This document shows positions 57,525 to 64,000 of a stretch of 64,000 bases of DNA, piece by piece. Source of the DNA: Myxococcales bacterium (GTDB taxonomy: Bacteria; Myxococcota_A; UBA9042; JABWCM01; BTVJ01). Below the pieces are notes generated by a model. The model had not been told where the DNA came from, ran no database searches, and saw only the letters and a list, made by a program, of their open reading frames with translations. The position numbers and the translations under genes were made by a program. The stretch is from the NCBI GenBank assembly GCA_045863395.1, contig BTVJ01000003.1:195172-259171 (forward strand). The letters run 5' to 3'. Numbering within the stretch: the stretch's first letter is position 1; each line of letters begins with the position of its first letter.

Positions 57525-57553
57525 TTGACGCGCAGCGGGGGGACGGCTACTCT
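57525..57553 (+). promoter_or_regulatory. Putative sigma70-type promoter, probably leaderless
   Basis: TTGACG-17 nt-TACTCT, ATG 6 nt later at 57560, no SD. Confidence 0.65.
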
Positions 57554-57559
57554 CGGCCC

Positions 57560-59671
57560 ATGCTGAAGCTGGTTCGAGAGCACCTCGTGGCGAAGCTGTC
57601 GCTGCTCGTCCTGCTCGCCGTCGCGGCGGGCTTCGCGGGCTTCGCGACGCTGAGCGTCTCTGCCCAGGTGGAGACCATGCAGGGCATGAACCGCGACTCG
57701 GCGGGGGCACTCGCGCGGACCGTGGCCGCCGGCGTGCGCAACGCCATGCTCGCGGGGGACGGGCTGCGGGTGCGTGAGCTGCTGGACGACGTCAAGGGGG
57801 GGCTCCAGGGGGCGCACATCCGCGTCTTCGCGACGACCGGGGAGGAGGTGTTTGGGCCTCCGCCGCCGGCGCCGCCTCGGGACTCCCGCCCCCCGTTGGT
57901 GGCGCGCGCCCTGGATACCGCGGAGCCTGCGACGGACCCCGATGGGGCACGGGCCCTGCCCATCGCCAACGAAGGGGCGTGCAGGCGATGCCACTCGGGC
58001 GGCACCATCCGAGGGGTGCTCACCCTGTCTACCGCCGGAGCGACGGTGCCCCTCGACGGCGACCCGGCCGTCCGTGCGCTGACCTCCATCGCGGGCGCCG
58101 GCTTCGTGCAGATCATGACCGCCGAGCAGGCCTCCCACATGGACGACTACTTCGCGGAGCTGCCGCGCACCTCACCGGGCGTCCGCGGGGTCACCGTCTA
58201 CGGCACCGACGGGCGGCCGGCGTTTGGCGACCTGACCACCCGCCCCCCTGACGCGCTGATGGCGCGCGCGCTGCGCCCGGGACCCCTGCTCGTGGAGCGC
58301 GAGGGCGACGTCACCTGGGGGGCGCTGCCGCTGCCCAACGAGCCGCGCTGCCAGGGCTGCCACGGCGCCGAGCCGCCCATGCGGGGCGCCCTGCTCCTGC
58401 GGGTGGACGCGAGCGCCCTGGCCGGGGAGCGCACCCTGCTCGGTGTGACGGAGACCTCCCTCCGCCACGTGATGCTCTCGGGGCTCGGGCGGCTGCTCAA
58501 GGGGCTGCTCGACCGCATCGCCGCCACGGGCGCCGTGACCCGACTCACCCTGCACGACGCGGAGGCGCGGCTCTACCACGACGCGTTTGCCCGCTACGCT
58601 CCGCCGCCGGCCGTGCACCGAGCGCTGGCCGAGGCGCGGGACGTCACCGAGACGTCGGAGCACGGAGACGAGGGCGCCTTCCTCCTGGTCTCGCCGCTCC
58701 AGAACGAGGCCCGGTGCCAGCGCTGCCACGGCTCGGACCAGCCGCTGCGGGGGGCCATCGAGGTGACCCTGGACACGTCCGCCGAGGTGCGCTCGCGCAA
58801 GGCGCTGGAGCAGCGGAGCCTGGTGTTCGCCGGCGTGACCATCGTGCTGGTGGTGCTCGCTCTGAGCCTGACCCTGCGAATCACCGTGATACGGCCCGTG
58901 CGTGCCATGGGCGCAGTGGCCGACCGGGTGGGCGGCGGCAACCTGGACGTGGCCCTGGAGGTGGGCTCCCTCGACGAGATGGGGCGCCTGGCCAGGCACC
59001 TGAACGAGATGATCCGGGGGCTCCGCCAGAAGCTGGCGCTCACGCGCTTCGTGTCCCAGGAGACCCTGCGCTCCGTGGACGAGGCGGACGGCGCCGTGCT
59101 GCGGGGCGGCGAGCGTCGCTACATCGCGCTCCTCTTCTCGGACGTGCGCGGCTTCACCGCCTTCTCGGAGGTCCACCAGCCCGAGCAGGTCGTCGAAATG
59201 CTGAACCGCGTCCTTCAGGCTCAGGCGGAGGTGGTCGCGCAGCACGGCGGCGACATCGACAAGTTCGTCGGCGACGAGCTGATGGCCCGCTTCGACGGCC
59301 CGGACTGCGAGCTGCGCGCCGTCCGCTGCGCCGTGGACCTCATCGGCGCCGTCCAGGCGGTCCAGCTCCGCCACCGCGCCGCGGGCAGCGCGCTGACCAT
59401 CGGGGTCGGGGTCAACGCGGGCGAGGTCGTGCTCGGCGCCGTCGGGGCCGAGACCCGCATGGACTTCACGGCCATCGGTGACGAGGTCAACCTGGCGGCC
59501 CGCCTCTGCTCCGCCGCTGCCCCGGGGCAGGTGCTCATCCCCCAGCGCATCCGCGAGGCCATCGGGGACCCGGCCGACCTGGACCTCCGCCCGCTGCCCC
59601 CCATCCAGGTCAAGGGCAAGAAGGACCCGATTCCGCTCTTCGAGGTGCTCGACGCCCACCGGCGGGCCTGA
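57560..59671 (+). CDS. Membrane class III adenylate cyclase with three extracytoplasmic CxxCH motifs and a HAMP domain
   Basis: TM1; CRRCH, CQGCH, CQRCH; TM2; HAMP (DEMGRLA..LNEM); LFSDVRGFT, DKFVGD, DFTAIGDEVNLAARL, VKGK. Confidence 0.9.
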   Translation: MLKLVREHLVAKLSLLVLLAVAAGFAGFATLSVSAQVETMQGMNRDSAGALARTVAAGVRNAMLAGDGLRVRELLDDVKGGLQGAHIRVFATTGEEVFGPPPPAPPRDSRPPLVARALDTAEPATDPDGARALPIANEGACRRCHSGGTIRGVLTLSTAGATVPLDGDPAVRALTSIAGAGFVQIMTAEQASHMDDYFAELPRTSPGVRGVTVYGTDGRPAFGDLTTRPPDALMARALRPGPLLVEREGDVTWGALPLPNEPRCQGCHGAEPPMRGALLLRVDASALAGERTLLGVTETSLRHVMLSGLGRLLKGLLDRIAATGAVTRLTLHDAEARLYHDAFARYAPPPAVHRALAEARDVTETSEHGDEGAFLLVSPLQNEARCQRCHGSDQPLRGAIEVTLDTSAEVRSRKALEQRSLVFAGVTIVLVVLALSLTLRITVIRPVRAMGAVADRVGGGNLDVALEVGSLDEMGRLARHLNEMIRGLRQKLALTRFVSQETLRSVDEADGAVLRGGERRYIALLFSDVRGFTAFSEVHQPEQVVEMLNRVLQAQAEVVAQHGGDIDKFVGDELMARFDGPDCELRAVRCAVDLIGAVQAVQLRHRAAGSALTIGVGVNAGEVVLGAVGAETRMDFTAIGDEVNLAARLCSAAAPGQVLIPQRIREAIGDPADLDLRPLPPIQVKGKKDPIPLFEVLDAHRRA

Positions 59672-61556
59672 CGCGCCGCCGGGCCACCAGGAGCAGCATC
59701 AGCAGAGGGCTCCCCCCCGCCGCGCCGCAGCCGGACGCGCCCGGTGCGTCGTTCGCCCGGAGCGAGACCGTGGGGCCGATGGGGGTCGGGGTTGCTCCGC
59801 CGCCGTCCGGGTCGGTCGCGTCCGGTGGCGCGCCCCACGACACCTCGGGGTCACTCCTGTCACGCGGCGCGCCCCACCGGGGGGCTCCGCTTTCGTCGAT
59901 GGGCTCGGTGTCCCAGGGGCCTCCCGCTGCGGCTCCATCTCCCTCTGGGGCGGCGCCGTCGGGGGCCGCTCCTCCGTCCTCCGGGTCGTCCCCTTCACCC
60001 GGCCCGTCCGGCTCCGGATCGCAGGCGTCCCCGGTCCCGTCCTCGTCGCCGTCGCCCTGCGCCGGGTTCGCCACCTCCGGGCAGTTGTCCACGTCGTTGT
60101 CGATCCCGTCGCCGTCGAGATCCGGGTCGCAGGCGTCGCCCAGGCCGTCCCCGTCGCGGTCGGACTGGTCCTCCTCCGGCAGCGCCGGGCACGAGTCTGC
60201 GTCGTTCGGGACCCCGTCGCCGTCGAGGTCTGCGTCGCAGGCATCGCCGATCCCGTCGTCGTCCTGGTCCTCCTGCCCCGGGTCAGGAGTCAGGGGACAG
60301 AGGTCGACGTCGTCCAGCAGCCCGTCTCCGTCGTCGTCCTCGTCGCAGGCGTCGCCGAGCCCGTCCCCGTCCGCGTCCGCTTGGTCCGGGTCCGCCACGC
60401 CCTCGCAGGTGTCCTCGCCGTTGGGCACCCCGTCCCCGTCCAGGTCCGGGTCGCAGGCGTCGCCCTTGCCGTCCTGGTCCGTGTCCGCCTGGCTCGCGTT
60501 CTTCACGAGGGGGCAGTTGTCCTGCGAGTCGGGGACGGCGTCTCCGTCGTCGTCATCCTCGCAGGCGTCGCCCTTGCCGTCCCCGTCGGTGTCCTTCTGG
60601 TCCTCGTTGGCGGTCAGCGGGCAGTTGTCCTTCGTGTCGGCGACCCCGTCACCGTCGTCGTCGCCGTCGCAGGCGTCGCCCTTGCCGTCCTTGTCGGTGT
60701 CGGTCTGGGCCTTGTTGGCGGTCGTCGGGCAGTTGTCTTTCGCGTCCGCGATGCCGTCGTTGTCGTCGTCGCCGTCGCAGGCGTCGCCCTTGCCGTCCTT
60801 GTCGGTGTCGGTCTGGGTCTTGTTGGCGGTCTTCGGGCAGTTGTCCTTGGCGTCGGCCACGCCGTCGTTGTCGTCGTCGCCGTCGCAGGCGTCGCCCTTG
60901 CCGTCCTTGTCCGTGTCGGTCTGGGTCTTGTTCGCCGTAGTGGGGCAGTTGTCCTTGCCGTCGGCGACGCCGTCTCCGTCCGAGTCCACGGCGCAGGGGC
61001 CTCCACCGGGCCCCCCGCCCCACCACTCCCAGTGCCACGCCTCGCTGGGGACCGTCCGCTTGAAGCCATATTTGGCCCCGTTCTTGTCGAGCCACGCGTA
61101 GACCCCGCTCGACGACGTGTTCAGGTCCAGGGCGTGCCCGCTCTGGTGGTTGCTGTACCCGGGCTTCGCGGCGAGGTTGCAGTTGTTGCACGAGCAGTTC
61201 ACGTAGCAGTTGTAGAGGTACTGCTGCTCCGCCATGGTGCGGAACCCGCTCACCACCTTGAGCTGCACCCCCGCCTTGGACGCAGCTTGCGCCATCACGT
61301 AGTAGGCGTTGGCCGTCTGGACCTCCACCTTCTTGCCGTCCACGGTCACCACCTTGATGGTGAACGGCGTGCCGCTCTTGTACCCGGTGGCCGTGGACAC
61401 GGCGCAGTTGATGGTGGACAGCGCCCCCTCCACCGTGCCGAGCCCGTCGGGTCGCGGCGTGTCGCAGGAGTGGGGCTCCAGCAGATCCGGCGCCGCCGGG
61501 TCGCTGGCTGGCTCGCAGGAGACGCACAGCAGGGCGAGCAGCAAGGCACGGCGCAT
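59610..61556 (-). CDS. M15B (VanY-like) D,D-carboxypeptidase + thrombospondin type 3 repeats + MYXO-CTERM-like tail
   Basis: Signal/lipobox; SGFRT, PGYSNHQSGHALD, EAWHW; 9 TSP3 units; GCGAAG-hydrophobic-RRR. Confidence 0.85.
   Translation of the reverse strand: MRRALLLALLCVSCEPASDPAAPDLLEPHSCDTPRPDGLGTVEGALSTINCAVSTATGYKSGTPFTIKVVTVDGKKVEVQTANAYYVMAQAASKAGVQLKVVSGFRTMAEQQYLYNCYVNCSCNNCNLAAKPGYSNHQSGHALDLNTSSSGVYAWLDKNGAKYGFKRTVPSEAWHWEWWGGGPGGGPCAVDSDGDGVADGKDNCPTTANKTQTDTDKDGKGDACDGDDDNDGVADAKDNCPKTANKTQTDTDKDGKGDACDGDDDNDGIADAKDNCPTTANKAQTDTDKDGKGDACDGDDDGDGVADTKDNCPLTANEDQKDTDGDGKGDACEDDDDGDAVPDSQDNCPLVKNASQADTDQDGKGDACDPDLDGDGVPNGEDTCEGVADPDQADADGDGLGDACDEDDDGDGLLDDVDLCPLTPDPGQEDQDDDGIGDACDADLDGDGVPNDADSCPALPEEDQSDRDGDGLGDACDPDLDGDGIDNDVDNCPEVANPAQGDGDEDGTGDACDPEPDGPGEGDDPEDGGAAPDGAAPEGDGAAAGGPWDTEPIDESGAPRWGAPRDRSDPEVSWGAPPDATDPDGGGATPTPIGPTVSLRANDAPGASGCGAAGGSPLLMLLLVARRRVRPAGGRRAPRRAESGPSCP
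60015..60986 (-). repeat. 9 x 108-bp thrombospondin type 3-like coding repeats
   Basis: D.D.DG..D..DNCP...N..Q.D.D.DG.GDACD units of 36 aa. Confidence 0.9.
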
Positions 61557-61727
61557 GGGGGCCTCCACCTCCGGCGAGAGCCTCCGTTGTGCACCAGGAG
61601 CGCGAGGTCGTCAATGCTGCTCCGGTGGTGGCCGTCGGTGCGCTTCGGTTCGTCGCTTGGGCCGGGGCGTGGACGCCCGGCGCGCCCTGTGGCACCCTGC
61701 CGCGGACTTCACACGACGGAGGCGGCG

Positions 61728-63500
<1,773 letters not shown>

Positions 63501-63604
63501 TCACGGCACCCAGGTTCAGTAGGGTACCTCCCGCGGCAGTTGCCGCTCTCCCGCACAACCACAACCCGTTCGCGCCCGCGCGGTGCGTCTCGAAGAGGAG
63601 TCCC

Positions 63605-64000
63605 ATGAGCACGCTTGCACGCAGACAGGGAGAGGTCGTCGCGACCGGCGGTGACACGATCATCCGCAGCGCCGACGGTGCGGAGCACCTGCTGTCCCCC
63701 GAGGCCCTGGCGGTCTGGTCCGCCGCCGACGGCACCCTGGGCATCGAGTCCCTGGTGGAGGCCGCGCGCGCCGCGGACCCGAAGGCCACCCGCCAGACCG
63801 TCTTCGCCGTCCTGGACGACCTCGCCGCCGCCGGCCTCCTGGCGGAGCGGGTCGCGCCCCCGGCCATGCTGGGCCGCCGCTCCCTCTTCAAGACCCTGGC
63901 CGCCGGGGCCGCCGCCGCGGCCGTCCTGGCCCCGGCCATCGCGAGCTCCTCCTTGCCCTGCTTCTTCTCGACTGCCTTCATGTCCTTCTCGGACTCCTTG
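63605..64000 (+). CDS. PqqD/RRE-like domain followed by a Tat-like motif (no stop in window)
   Basis: Manual translation after GAGGAG: MSTLARRQ...HLLSPEALAVWSAADG...VFAVLDDLAAAGLL...LGRRSLFKTLAAGAAAAAVLAP. Confidence 0.7.
   Translation, partial: MSTLARRQGEVVATGGDTIIRSADGAEHLLSPEALAVWSAADGTLGIESLVEAARAADPKATRQTVFAVLDDLAAAGLLAERVAPPAMLGRRSLFKTLAAGAAAAAVLAPAIASSSLPCFFSTAFMSFSDSL

Overview
Very GC-rich bacterial DNA, probably Myxococcota/Deltaproteobacteria-like (inferred from Cys-rich and cbEGF lipoproteins, MYXO-CTERM-like tails and an FHA/Ser-Thr kinase pair). About 37 plausible CDSs; I see no rRNA, tRNA, CRISPR array, integrase or transposase. Much of the window is defence-type cargo: (1) a coupled four-gene operon SIR2-TPR-PIN-like giant protein / ParA-MinD ATPase / antitoxin / VapC (5.1-13.0 kb); (2) a DUF4011-SF1 helicase (Hhe-like) fused to an M48 peptidase and TerB, with an apparently degenerate nuclease domain, followed by HipBA (22.9-30.5 kb); (3) a complete Pgl/BREX type 2 cluster (pglW-X-Y-Z-brxD-brxHI) with two extra leading genes (30.6-49.8 kb); (4) directly upstream of it, an operon I do not recognise: MoaA-like radical SAM enzyme, P-loop nucleotide kinase, GreA/B-family factor and CMPK2-like NMP kinase (50.0-52.7 kb). 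Operon (4) is the best candidate for an undescribed system, possibly viperin-analogous antiviral nucleotide synthesis with a Gre-factor self-protection module (hypothesis). Two large lipoproteins sharing a homologous C-terminal head on different repeat stalks bracket this region. Other items: tri-haem adenylate cyclase, flavin amine oxidase with a CxxCH insert, radical SAM pair, VanY-TSP3 protein and a truncated PqqD/RRE-Tat ORF. All family calls come from motif recognition by eye, not from database searches.
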